64,000 nucleotides of DNA from Azolla caroliniana (taxonomy: Eukaryota > Plantae > Polypodiophyta): positions 17,608,001 to 17,672,000 of the forward strand of contig JBHGNT010000010.1 in the NCBI GenBank assembly GCA_043228905.1. The letters are read 5' to 3'. The notes under the pieces were generated by a model. It searched no databases and had not been told where the DNA came from. It saw only the letters and a program-made list of their open reading frames with translations. A program made the position numbers and the translations under genes. Position 1 is the first letter of the stretch. The number at the start of each line of letters is the position of its first letter. Below, piece after piece: positions 1 through 13,289 of this stretch.

Positions 1-19
1 AAGTTCTTATCAAGAAGAG

Positions 20-900
20 ATATTTTACATAACATTTTGAATGTTCAAATGACAATTGGTTATGCAAAAGAAACTAAATAAGAATTAGTGTTTTACAAGT
101 GGATCTTGACAGGCATATGATAAATTGGATTTGTTGTTTATAAATTAATTAATGTCTCATACAGTTTTGGTGATCATACATCTAAGTTGATATACACATT
201 AGGGGTGAATTTTGTTTCACATATGGTGTTTACCAGAGGAGTAACCCAACCTATTTCTATTTGCAAATCAATTAGACATGGATGCCTGGTTAGTCCCCTA
301 CTACTCAATATTGGGACACATCTTATTCTTGTCAAATTACACAATATGGTTGTGGAGCAAAAATTGCTTGGATTGAGGTTACCATTAGAGAAACCATGTA
401 TTGTTCAAGCTCTCATAGATGCCTATGTCGTGTTTTTGACACTTAATCATGAAAATATTAGTAAGACAAAACATATATAAAAAATGTTTTCAAATGCTTC
501 AAGGTTGAGAGTAATATCACACATTTGTCCTCATTTTATGTATACAAAACAATGTGTTAGGGTTAAGGTGGTCAAGAAGGATAGGACATCATTGTATGAT
601 TAGTTGTAACTTGTCACCTTGGATATCTAACAGGGTGGAAATCTCTCGCGTCAAACTTAGTGAGTGGGTATCTAAAAAATTGGAGGATAAAATACATGCG
701 GAAAAATACATGCAACAAAATTCCTAATACAATGTTGTTGAACCTCTTATATTTGGAAACATTACACCAAACACTCAATAAAAGAACATAAATGATTCCC
801 AATTTTTGGATACAAAATGTTGCACTCAATGTGAGGAAAATCATTACATGGACTAGAAAATTAAATAAAATCACCACCTATAAATCCCAATTTTGAAGGC
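20..900 (+). mobile_element. Highly degenerate non-LTR (L1-like) reverse transcriptase relic
   Basis: ORF 187-480 contains 'SIRHGCLVSPLLL', a decayed LINE RT motif (GVRQGCPLSPLLF); the surrounding sequence is AT-rich with many stops. Boundaries approximate. Confidence 0.5.
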
Positions 901-1114
901 ACTAAATTTGAAATGGTGTAAAATCCCTAGTTAAATTCAAAAGTGATGTGAATCAACATTCATAGAATATACATAAATATATCGGACATACATAAGAGCA
1001 CAAAAAAACAAGGAACACTGATTTTCTTCCCTAGGATTCAATAAGATCGGTTAATAAAAGAAAGGTGCTATGCAAAACAATGGAATGAAACTATACTACG
1101 TTTTGCACAAGTAG

Positions 1115-4100
1115 TTACAGCCAAGGGGAATCATGGAGAGGAGTGATTACAGCCTTGGGTTGCATATAGTTAAGAATGGCATGAATACCATGCTCTCTGC
1201 CGAACCCACTCATTCGATATCCACCGAAAGGCAGTGCAACATCATAGACGTGGTAACAATTGATCCACACTGTCCCAGCCTTAATCGACCTTGACAGCCT
1301 ATTCGCAGTGTCAATGTTCTTCGTCACGATCCCTGCGGCTAGTCCATATGTGGTGTCGTTGGACCTCTTTATTGCCTCATCCAAAGTGCTAGCAAAAGCC
1401 CCCAAGAAAAAGCATACATGCACATATCATCTCAATCATCAAAAGACTCTTAGACAATGCCAAGATAAACATATGTGCAAAATAATGCAAGCTCATCATC
1501 AAATGGTCATTGTAAGAAACGCCAAGAAAATGCATGGGTAATATCATCATCGAAGGTCCTAATAAGAGAAAATCCAAGAAAAGAGGATAATATTCATATC
1601 ATTGAATGCCATAATAAAATATAAACCAAGAAAATCATATGCTCGATCCTATGCCACCATCAAAAGGTTGTAAAAAATGCCAAGAAATGAATATGCATCA
1701 ACAAATCTCATTGCATCAAAGGTCCTAAAAAACCAGATAACTAAAATGCAGTGGAAATGATCATCCAAGTTTCAATGCATTAAAACAAAAAGACATTATA
1801 AGAAATTACATGGAAGTTCTCTTACTTATACTTTAGAACAGACATAACTGGCCCAAAAATTTCATCCTGGCAGATCTTCATGTCATCCTACAAGGATCAA
1901 ATCAGTTCAAAATACACTCCTTTTAGACCAGAAAAGAAAGGGACACAAGGAATAAGTAAAAATAACAAAACAAAATTAACAAATTAGAAAGAGAAGAACA
2001 TGGGATGTTCCAGAAGAAAGCTTATTTTATTGTACTTTGACATCTCCAAAGATGGTTGGTTCTATGTAATAGCCTTTGTCCCCAATTCTGTTTCCCCCAG
2101 TCAATAATTTAGCACCCTCGGCTTTGCCACTCTCAATATAACTCAATACTTTGTTGAATTGCGTTTCATCCACCTAGCACCCGACAAACAGTATTTTAGC
2201 AAAAAGGCACAAACATCTTTCTTTTCCCATTAAATGGTTTTTAAATCGCTCACAGAGGTTGATGTCACAAAGAGATTATATTAACATGGGGAGTGGAATC
2301 AGATGAAGAATGTGACATTGGGAGTGGAATCAGCAGATCACTATGTTTTCCATTGTGGTATTTTTTTATGAAATAAGGGATACCACTGCCTCTTCAAACA
2401 AGAATTTGGCCTGCAACACAAGATCATGGAATGCAAAAACCAATGATGCAAGGGACTTTTCTTGCTAGAACTCAAGAGATTTTAATTTCTCTCTCTCTCT
2501 AAATATATACAAGAGATGTTAATCTATTGATTAAATTAGTAAGAGTCTGATTCCAACAAAATAATTTTCAAACAATATTTTCACCCAAGGGAAAGAATAA
2601 GGATAAAAGAAGTTTCAAACAATATAGCAATGTCATGAGGTGGTGAAGTTCCATAAACAAACAAGATTGAGATTCTTTGGTAATAATAAAGTTTAGAAGA
2701 AAAGTCATAAGAAGAGGCATCATTAGGTTATATCCACTTTTCAAGCATCAGAACTGAATCTCATGTGACATTGCTTATAGCCACTTTTCAAGCAGTTCTA
2801 TTCATTATATCTTTGTAAAATCCTAAGTGATTGGTAGCATTTTTTGTCTAAGTGGTTGCTAGATACTTCACAAACTGTATTCTCTTTTCAAGTGCCACAT
2901 GATTATAGTCTTTCTTTTTCTTGGGTTCCAAGTGATAGATAGAAACTTAAAGGCTATATTCATTTTTGAAGTGATTGAAAGAACTCTGATATCGAAGTTT
3001 ACGCGCATCTATTAAAATGATTGATAATGAATGTTCTTTATTTATTTCTTTTGTTTATGTTCCAACATAAAAAGAATTCAAAAAATACACACTTACAATT
3101 GGTCCATGCTCCACTCCAGATTTGAATGGATCACCAACCACGCAACTCTTTGCCTTTTCCACAGCCTTTTTGCAAAAAGCCTCATAGACATTCTCTTGTA
3201 CAAATACCCTGCTTCCTGCGGCACAACATTGCCCCTGTCCACATAACGACCATCTTCATTTCCCACTGATTTGTGCTCTTAACGGTTGAGGAAAATGATA
3301 ACAACAAATTACATGCTCTATCTTTGGATTCCAATTTTTTATTTCTGCCGTCAATTTTCATTTTCTTTCTTCAGATTTCTCTTTTCCTTTTCTTTATTCA
3401 TATTTAAAAGTTCCTTTTCCCTCCATTTTCATTTCATTCTTTTCCTTCATATTTTATCTTCTATCTTTAGACTTCATTTAATTTTATTCAAATTTCATTT
3501 GTTTTCCTGAGGCCTTCCATTTTTCCCCATCAATTTGTTTTTGTTAAAGACAAAATCATGCTACAGTTGATGCCAGCAAATCAGATGTTATTGCTTGTCC
3601 CAATACCAATCCTATTGGCAAAGCTGGGTTTTAACTTCCAAACAACATTTCTCAAGAATTATAAGTCCTACACCATATTAATGTTTATAATATACACACT
3701 GTGTACAAAACCCCCAGACTCTTCAGATGGATGTAGAATAAATAATAGTGGAGTTCTTGCCATATTGAAGAAGATTCCAAAGCTGGCAATGTCGACCGCA
3801 ACATCCAGATCAGCATCTTCACAGATGATCAAGGGTGATTTACCTCCGAGCTCTAGGGTGACCGGTTTCAAGTTACTCTTAGCAGCTGCTTCCATAATGA
3901 GCCTACCCACCTCTGTGGACCCAGTAAAGGCAACCTACAAAGATAGAAAAGGGCGGGTTTCTAAAACAGATTAGCTATTTGACCATATGGTATTGTTTGT
4001 TTGTTACCTTGTCTATGTCCATATGGCCTGAAATCGCAGCTCCTGCGGTCTCCCCGAAGCCAGGTAGAACATTTAAGACGCCATCTGGCACCCCAGCCTA

Positions 4101-7100
4101 CAAACAATACATAAGATACAGTTACAAAGGATACACAAATCATAAAATGGCACAATGAAGGAAAAAAGATACGCAGAAGAAAAAGGTTCTACAGTCAAAG
4201 TTGAGTGAGCATGCAACATGTTGAGTCTAGACATATTATTGTTTGCTTGCTATGAATACTTGATATGAATGTTTGAAAGAGGAGGAATGATGCACTATGA
4301 ATCGAACAATGATAACCACAAGAGAGAAGGTTCAAAATTCATTAGATACAAACTGTAGAATGATTCTGTGCAAACAGTATATTCGAGATTATTAACTTAT
4401 TATCTACATTAAAATGCAGTGATTAGGTGAGAAACTTTTTCACCAGTCAGTAACAATCGGCAATGGTTTGGTTCAAGAATGTCCAAACTGAACTGTTTAA
4501 AATTTTTGAAACGTGAACCGAACCGAACCACGAAACTGTTAAACCAAAACCGTTAGGTAAAAATCCAAACCATTAAACTGTGGTTTCATGGTTCGGTTTC
4601 GGTTTTCAACTTAGGTCAAACTTTAAATTTTTAATTTTTAAAATTGTTAATTATTTCAAATTTTTAATTTTCAAAAATTTTAAAGATTTTTCCTAAAATG
4701 TGAGAACTAGGCTTAAAAATGAAAAGTTTGTTTAAAAAATTAATTAATTAATTAATTTTTTTTAAAAAACCATCAAAACGTTAAACCGCAGTTTCAAACT
4801 GTTAAAACCAAACCGAACCGTTCAATCCCCAAACCGAAACCATTAAAAAAAAACTTGAACCTAAACCTAACAAACCAAACCGTTTTTACTGTTAAGCTAT
4901 GCTTTCGTGGTTCGAACCAAACTGAACTGTTGCCGATTGTTACCAGTCAGTCAAGTTTCCAAGCATGATGAAATAAGAGGAGATGATGAGAAATACATAA
5001 AAATCATTGGAGTGTAGAATTGAAGGTATACATGCCTTATCAGATATTCTTTCCTTAATGTAAATATATTAGTGAGCACCGCCTTCTGTGAATGAGGACA
5101 CCTTTTTTTGTACCCAACACCATTTAAAAACTGGAAAATGTAGTGTGAAACAGACACAAACCTTCTTGGCAAGAGCTGCCAAGTAGAGGGCTGTAAAGGG
5201 TGTCTGCTCAGCTGGTTTGATGATGAGTGTGTTACCAGCAGCAAGAGCAGGAGCAGCCTTAACCATAAACATAATCATTGGAAAGTTCCATGGAATGATG
5301 GCCCCAGTTACACCAATTGGCTCATAGAGAGAGATACCATGGAAAGGTCCATTAAGCTTGAATGTGCTCCCACTGATCTTATCTGCCCAGCCTGAAATAT
5401 AGTTGCAAAAAATAAGATACTCCCATATGTTCAGCATACACATATCCATGATACTCCCATATGTTCAGCAAACAAAGCTTTTCCAAACCGTTACCAATAT
5501 GTTACTGCCATTCAAAATCAGCATACATATAGAAAAGATTCTCTTTATATAGTTATCAATATCTTAAAAAACTCAGAATCAGCATAAACATCAACAAAAC
5601 CCCCATGTGTTCTGCAAAAACATGCATATCAACAACATTTCCATATGTTCCATAATAATAGCTTTCAATAATTATCAAAAATATGAAGCGACTCAAAAAT
5701 CAGCTTACAATCACCAACATATCCCATTCATGCATAAATAACCATTATGACAATTCCCTCTTAAAATGTCTTCTACCATTCATACCTGCTGTGATCCGAA
5801 GGTGCTGGACAGAGAACTGAACATCCACATACTTGGACATAAACAGGGGTTTCCCATTGTCTATTGTTTCTAGATAGGCCAACTCGTCCTCATTTTGTTC
5901 CATAAGGTCGGCAAACTTTTGAAGAATCTTTCCTCTGGCCTGATCCATTTTAAAACGAAATGCAAACACTCCATGATGAAAGCATGTATAATAAACAGCT
6001 AGAGATCAAAACTTAGAAAGAACCTCAACTATATAAGATGCTTAGCAAGGTATGAGTACAATTTAATAGTAGTACTCATACGTATCCAGACATGCGAGGC
6101 CATGGCCCTTCATCAAAAGCCTTTCTGGCGGCTTTCACAGCAATATCGACATCCTCTTTGTCAGCTTCGGCAATGTTTGCAATCACATCACCAGAACGCG
6201 GATCACGTGTCTCAAATGTCTTTCCTGTGCAAGAGAGATTGATGGAAAAAAATGAGGATCTTGCGATCAGTTATCTCAATATTATTCAACTGCGACACTC
6301 ATCTTAATGAGCAATTTGAAGAAACGGCGCAAGATGATCCATCACAATCATACAATTAGTGCCCATCTTGATGCAGGAAATCAAAGGATGACATCATGTA
6401 GGTTAATATACATAAAATCCTCAAATGGCAGCAAGAATTAGATGTGCCATAATTCAACGAATGTTGCCCTAGATTAAAGGGATCAAATCCCTTAATATAG
6501 ATAGACAAGGTCTCAAGCTATATAAAAAGAACCTATATATGTATGTATATATATGTTTATTTATTACTTTATTTATTACTATTTAAAGAACCTAAAGTTT
6601 CTATGGACAACTTTTCACACTATATGACTGTTTCCTTTCGGTGAGTCATTCCCAATCATAGAAACTCTTACAGCTAGGGATTTCCATAATAGTAAATTCA
6701 AATATATTGGAGTTTCATATAATCTAGATTAAGACTATGGTGTTGAAATTTGAAAGAACAAAATGTAGATTATGGATTATGTGTTTTAATGCTGATTGAT
6801 TAGCATATTGATTACTAACTTCTCATCAAAATTCTGCTTTTTATCATCATCCATAATTTTTAACAATCATACAACCCATCTTGACAAAGTAACTAAGAAC
6901 AAATGAGGAACTACCGGAAAGAGGGAAAAAATTCACTTTAGTCATCAATGATAAAGTACACAAAAATAAGCTACTACAAGCAAAGAATGTGAAAGGAAAC
7001 CAAGGGAAAACAAGGTGAACTCAATCCACAGGATGTTTAGTGTTAAGAGGTAAATCATCTTAGTCATAAAAACAAGGGGAAAAGGAAGTAATGAATCCAA

Positions 7101-7471
7101 ATTATGTTTAGGCCAAGGAGATTGAGCAAACTACTCTCTCTTTCACACACACATACATAAGCATACACAGACAGAGAACACGAACATGAATGCATACTTT
7201 TCTAATGCTAACATACTTCTACACATACATACACAAAAAATACGTAAATTCATACTTTTTAGTAAATGCATACACATTCATATGTTACACACAAACATAC
7301 AGAGAGAGAGATGGGAGGGGATGGTGGCATAAATTTGTTACCTGAAACTGAATCCACAAACTGACCATTGATAAAAAGTTGAGTATACTGTATAGGGAAG
7401 GTAGGGTTTTGTGTAGGAGGAGGAGGAGAAACATCAGCGGAGGGATTGCTCTCTGCAGAAGGGGCAGCCAT
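1115..7471 (-). CDS. ALDH2: Aldehyde dehydrogenase family 2, no obvious transit peptide, 10 exons, about 510 aa
   Basis: Exons: 7342-7471, 6082-6224, 5786-5939, 5162-5391, 4008-4097, 3761-3934, 3097-3234, 2036-2173, 1826-1887, 1115-1388. They sum to 1533 nt in frame. Motifs: [42 protein letters not shown] (catalytic Glu), [11 protein letters not shown] (catalytic Cys), [20 protein letters not shown]-terminal DSPWL. Confidence 0.95.
4451..4942. mobile_element. Non-autonomous hAT-type MITE in ALDH2 intron 4
   Basis: Perfect 13-bp TIR TAACAATCGGCAA (4451) / TTGCCGATTGTTA (ends 4942), 8-bp TSD CCAGTCAG at 4443-4450 and 4943-4950, many AAACCG/AACCGAAC subterminal repeats around an AT-rich core. 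Confidence 0.9.
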
Positions 7472-7554
7472 TAATTACAATAGGCTCCTGAGCAAATACA
7501 AACGTGGCCCGTTTCTGCTCCTTCAATGTGGATAATGGCCATAATATACATACT

Positions 7555-7555
7555 C

Positions 7556-7594
<39 letters not shown>

Positions 7595-7911
7595 CCACCG
7601 AGTTACCAGCACGTAAAAGAGAGAGAGACAGAGACAGAGACAGAGAAGAGAGATAGATTTTATTTGTCTTTGGAGGTTAAAATTATGACCAATGAGACCC
7701 ACAATTTTCATAAATGTTAACATTTCTTTTTGCTCCAAAATGAAGCTACTTTCCCATTAGTTACCAAGGATTCATAAATGCTACATTTCCTCAATTTCCT
7801 CAAGTAGTAGTAGTAGTAGTAGTAGAAGTAGTACATTTGAAAATAAGTAGTGGCTCTCGATCTTCAAGAACTTTACCAATGAATGTTCCGATGGAGATGT
7901 GACTTTGTGTT

Positions 7912-7971
<60 letters not shown>
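7555..7971. repeat. (GA)n, (AGT)n and (GT)n(GA)n microsatellites upstream of ALDH2
   Basis: GA run at about 7560-7592, AGT run at about 7803-7830, GT/GA compound repeat at about 7905-7971. Confidence 0.9.
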
Positions 7972-7973
<2 letters not shown>

Positions 7974-7989
7974 TATTGAATGTATGTAA

Positions 7990-8340
7990 GTCAAATGCAA
8001 GGTGGTGGAAACTATTACAAGGTAGTTGGCATTCCCATCTACCATTTCATATGGAGAGTCATGATTGGTGGGCTCCCATTAGGTTTTGCCTTAAAGAGAC
8101 GAGGACTAGGGTCCTTTGCACCGTTCCATTTGAGGATAGTACACATAGGTTCATTAAATGTCCTATAGCGTGTAGAACTCAACAATGGGTTTTTTCTCAA
8201 TATGTTCAAAATGGTTCAAATGATGAGATGGAGATATTGTTCCAATTTTTTCATTATTGGGGTCTACAACACAATTGGAATATGGTAATGCTTTTATGTT
8301 TGATAATAGACATGGGGTGAAAGCCTATATAAAAAAGCTT
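7990..8340 (+). mobile_element. L1-type LINE 3' relic (zf-RVT-like region)
   Basis: Two frames give 'FIWRVMIGGLPLGFALKRRGLG' and 'CTVPFEDSTHRFIKCPIA', matching the W-R...LP...C..E...H.F..CP zinc-binding domain at the end of plant L1 ORF2. Confidence 0.6.
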
Positions 8341-8551
8341 AAAGGTATTCTCATGTGGAAATTTTGGATGTTAGAACATGTCGGGATCATTTCCTCAAAT
8401 TCATATTCCGGTTTTTTAATAGCATTACAAAACGTCCCTCTCCCTACATAGGCATATGATAGGTAGACGAGACTAAGAAGTGTTGTAACTAAGTGGATTT
8501 TATATACAATTAATATAATTGTGTGCTTTTACCAAAGAAAAAGAGAGGCTA

Positions 8552-8706
8552 TTGAATAGAATAAAATAGAATAGAATAGATCTATTTATATCATTCACAA
8601 GGAGGCCAATTTCGACATATGGAACTAAATCAATAGAAGTTATATTGTCTCAGACTCCTTCCACAGAAGGTTCGTTGCTATTATGTGGTAAAAAACTCTC
8701 TCTCTC
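8552..8706 (-). mobile_element. 3' terminus of LINE copy 2, with (ATTCT)n tail
   Basis: The reverse complement aligns with the 3' end of LINE copy 1 (12930-13036): ccttct..ggaaggag ... agttccatatgtcgaaattggcctcc vs agtcccataggtcaaaattggcctct. It ends in ATTCT repeats. Confidence 0.8.
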
Positions 8707-11700
8707 AAACTCAAGATAGATTTTGAAACCCTAAATTGATTGAAAGGTACATTCTACTTCTTCTATCATTTTATTAATAGTAAATATGCCAAGAGGAATA
8801 AAAGCCAATGATGATGTGATTGAAAGCCCAAACAATCAAATGCATTCTTTGTCAATGGAAAAGATCGCAACTATGTATATCTCATTGCAAGAGATAGTGA
8901 TGCATATGCAAAGCGAAATTTATGTTTGCAAGGAGAGGGAATGAACTCTTCAACATACACTAGAAATGCAAAAGTTAGAGATTAAAGCTTTGCGTGAAGA
9001 ACTACATGCAATGAAGAACACGACTATTCAAATGCAAGATAATAGGATGCTTGAAATAGAAAGAAAAATATTGAGTCTTGAAGTAGAAAAAGAGATTTTA
9101 GTGAAGGTAAATGCTGAAATAAAATCTACAATTGAAGGGAAGGAAGATGTGATCATGCCAAGGTGGAAAGATGTTCTCTCGAAAGAAACACCAAAAATCA
9201 CGCAAAGACATTCTAATACCATGGATGTGTTAGATGCAAAGGAGCAATATGAAATCGAAAGAAGAAAGAATAATATTGTCTTTAGAGGTATGCAAGAGAA
9301 TGAAATAGAGAATGCATTATCTCTTGGACAAAATATTACAAAATTCTTTGAAGATCACTTTGCTATGCGAGATGTATTGTATATGCCGCACATAGGGTTG
9401 GCAAAAAGCAACTAGAGGGAAAGACATCATGAGCTATTGTTTGTATAATCCTCGATGAACGTAGAAGGGCAATGATTCTAGATAGTAGTAAGGTGTACTT
9501 AAAAGGGACAAGTTTTTTTGTAACGGAGGATAGAATTCCACAAGAGCATGAATGTAGAAGGCAAGCATATGCATCTCAGAAAGCAAATCAAAATGCATAG
9601 TAAGCAATGGCCTATGGGACCATAAGTGCTTCACGATTGAAAGTAATGTTTTGGAATTGTAGAGGATATCCATGGAATAAGGGTTTAGGACTCAATGATG
9701 TAGCTCAAGGTATGGATATTATATTTTTGGCTTAAGCATGGGAGCATGAGGCAAAACGTATACCTAAAATAGACGGTTACCTCATAAAATCGATATGGCC
9801 TCACTCCAAAGGGAATATTGGGTGTGCCAGGATATCATGTATCTACCATGAGAGTTTAGATAATTCTATCAAAGTATGCAAATATGATGACTATAAGAGA
9901 TACATATGGATAGAGGTGACTTTGGGGAAAGAGAAGTTGTATATATTTGCATGTTACATTCCTCACAAAGACTCAAACTACTATAGTAGGTTTGGGTTAG
10001 ATTGTGATGATCCTTTTACAGAATTATGCCATGATATACTTTCATTTGAGATGCTTGGTAAAGTTTTAATTATGGGAGACTTCAATGCAAGAGTTGGAAA
10101 TTTCCAAAATGTGGAGACATTTGACAAAAATGTAGTAGAACATTGTCTAGTGCGTGACTCAGAGGATTGTGTCATGTCTGATTATGGAAAACTTTTGATA
10201 CATATGCGAAATTGCACAAACTTGATTATCCTAAATGGTATAAAGGCATTCCCATTGACAAATGTGCTCACATGTTTACCATCCTCGGGTGGAGGAAGTG
10301 TGGTTGATTATGCATTAATGTTGGCATGTGATCTATCATTGGTGAGTGTGTTTAAAGTTGGTTCTCTATCTCCGGGCTCAGACCACAAGCCATTGTACTT
10401 AGAGCTTGCAATTCTACATTCCACTAGATGTCATGGAGTGAAAGACGAAAAGAGATGTATCATCCGACCTTGCTACGAAAAAGCTAAGATGTATGCAAAG
10501 GAAGTGGAGAACCATTTGTTAAAATTTTCTCTAAGCAACGTTGTTAAAGAAAATTGGCAACATTTGAAGGATATAATCCTTAAGGTTGGATATCAATGCT
10601 TTAAGAGACATGTGGGTGGGCATAAGGCGTGTAGTTTTCCATGTAATTCTTGGTTCGACGATGAATGTAAGATGTATCTCAAATGGTTTAAGTTCATAGA
10701 AGGGGGGAATGAAAAGATTGTTGCATGGCACATATAAAAGAAAGTACTGAGGAGAAAGAAAAGAAGATATTTCCAAATGCAAGAGATGAAAAAGCAAAAC
10801 TTGTTTAACCTCAAACCAAAATTAGCATGGGGACAACTCAAGGGTAAGAAAGAAGATGTGAAAGGTCACTTTATAAATGAAGATATGCTAGACTATGTAC
10901 AAAGGTTATATATGCATGAAGGTGTGGCTCCTATGGTTGAGAAAATTGAAACTCCATGCACTACATGTATCGATATTGATGATGTCAATAAGGGAATAAA
11001 GAAGATGGCAAGTGGGAAAGTAGCAGATTCAACCTACGTCTCAAGTGAGCTTTTAAAATGGACAATGGCACACACTCGTCATTGGATAATGACAAATTTA
11101 GAGCAAACTATAAAACAAGGATTTCCAAATGATTGGCTTATGAATTGGATTAAACCAATATTTAAAGCCAGAGATAGGAATCAAGTATCAAATTATCGTA
11201 CAATAATGGTGAGCTCAACTATTGCTAAATTATATAGCACTATTATGGAGCAAAAGATAAGCACATGGGATGAGAGTACAAGCAAAAGAGCACTTGGGCA
11301 AGCCAGATTTAGACCAAAACAGTCCACCGTGGATCATTTGGTCACATTAAGAGTAATCATGAAAGAGAGTTGACTACAAGGAAAAACACTTTATTGTTGT
11401 TTTGTTGATTTCAAGAAAGCTTTTGATACCGTACCACGAAGTGAGCTTTGGAATAGAATGGTATACATTGACATGCCATTAGCATACCGAGTTGCGGTTG
11501 CACGCCTATATGAACAAGTTAAATGCCAACTAAAAATGGATAGTGAATTCTTAAAGCACTTCTTAAGTAACATGGGGGTCAAGCAAGGATGTCCACTATC
11601 ACCCACACTCTTTGGCTTATGTATTGATAAATTAGAAGAAGTGGTGAATAAGGTTGCAAGAGAAGAAGGATTGAATGGACCCAATTTGATGCAACATGTT

Positions 11701-13036
11701 ATCTTATTGCTTCTATATGCAGATGATGTGGTACTCTTCTCATATGATGTTGATAGTATGCAACATTTACTAAGTTGGGGTATTAGAAGAATTTTGCCAT
11801 AATGACTAGCAGTGAATGTGGAGAAAACAAAAATGATGGTAGTGCAAACCATCCAACCTCATCATTACCCTATGCTCACATATAAAGGTGAACATATACA
11901 ATTTGTTCAAAGCTTTAAATATCTTGGTATTGATGTACCCCCACAAATAAATGGAGTACATGCTTTGATTCTAGACTCCAAGCCGGTTGGAAATCGTATT
12001 ACCTTTTGGAGAACCAATGCAACCAAAGTGATACTTGTGGATGGGAAGTAAAACTAATGTTGTTCAATGCCATGGTAACTCAAGTATTGCTTTATGGAGT
12101 AGAAGTATGGGGTGGCACCATCTCTCTTAATGCATGGAACGAGATTGAGAAAATTCAAAAGATGTTTTTAAGGAGGCAATTAGGAGTTAAATGCACTACC
12201 TCTTACCAAGTTATGCTCTTGGAAACGGGTGTTCGACCCATAGAACTATTGGTACTCCAAAGAGTATATAAATACATTACAAAAGTCAAGAATATGCCGA
12301 ATAATCTATTACCACATCTTGCTTGGAATGTTGGAGGTAAGCTACAAAAGAATCATAAAAGTAAGATTCTCTCATCTGGTTGGGTTGTTGACATAAGGAA
12401 ATGGTTTAGAAGATGGGGTGTGGATGATCTTTTAGAGCTTTCGAGCAATGCTATGGAGTATGTAATGATTGAGGAAAGGTTGGTGGAATCATTAAGGATG
12501 AAGTGGGAGGATGTTAAGAGGACAAACCTAGAATACTACATTGCAAATATCAACCCTGAATGTTGGTCTCAATATAAAGCAAGAATGTCTATTGATCATA
12601 TCCAACCTTATCTCATTACCAATATGAGTAGTAATGCTCGTAGAGCCCTTACACTACTTCGCACTCGATCTCACAAGTTAGGTATTGAAGTTGCATCATG
12701 GTATCAAAATGTAACAAATTTGAAGACATGTAAAGTATGCAATGAAGGCATGGTAGAGGATGAATGTCACTTGCTCTTCCCATGCTCGACATATAGTGCA
12801 ATTCATTCAAGATATGTTGACATACTAAGAGGGAGTGATAACTTAAGTGCCATACTTAAGACACCACCTAGAAGGTTGAGCTCATATGTGTATGCTTTAC
12901 TAACACATAGAGGCTTTGTGCTTCAACGTATGAATACCCCTTCTTAGGAAGGAGACATATATCAAGAACACATGTACTCTAGTCCCATAGGTCAAAATTG
13001 GCCTCTTTATGGACGATAAAAATTCTAATTCTAATT
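8707..13036 (+). mobile_element. Near full-length degenerate LINE (copy 1; ORF1 plus APE-RT ORF2; RTE-X/L2-like architecture)
   Basis: ORF1 from ATG 8786 is coiled-coil with 'ERRKNNIVFRGMQE'. ORF2 fragments show APE motifs GDFNARVG, VDY and SDHKP, RT motifs NYRTI, FVDFKKAFDTV, GVKQGCPLSPTLFG and YADD, and a C-terminal 'HKLGIE..CKVC..EDECHLLFPC'. The 3' tail is (AATTCT)3 at about 13021-13038. Several stops and frameshifts. Confidence 0.9.
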
Positions 13037-13044
13037 CTCTCTCC

Positions 13045-13251
13045 TTATCGTAATTAGCTTACCCTAGTGGTAAATCGATAACACTACAAGCACTATGTCT
13101 TGGGATCGAAACCCAATTTTCTCACCTCTCTATTATATACTTCATATATATCTCTATTTCACTAGATGCCACTGTGGAATGTAGGGGTTGAACCCATGAC
13201 CACCTGGTCTCCATTGGGCAACCTTACCAACTGAGCTACATCCATCTGGGC
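13045..13251 (-). mobile_element. tRNA-derived SINE-like element, copy 1
   Basis: Minus strand reads GCCCAGATGGATGTAGCTCAGTTGGTAAGG...GGGTTCAACCCC (Pol III A and B boxes). It is flanked by (GA)n on both sides and has a homologous copy at 20567. Confidence 0.75.
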
Positions 13252-13289
13252 TCTCTCCCTCTCCCTCTCTCTCTCTCTCTCTATCTATC

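Noticed and set aside
8552-13036. Apparent inverted repeats flanking LINE copy 1
   Set aside because: The left repeat is the displaced 3' end of the older antisense LINE copy 2, not a TIR.
13170-13251. Functional tRNA gene
   Set aside because: A and B boxes are present, but I could not fold a convincing acceptor or anticodon stem, and homology with the second copy extends beyond the tRNA-like part.
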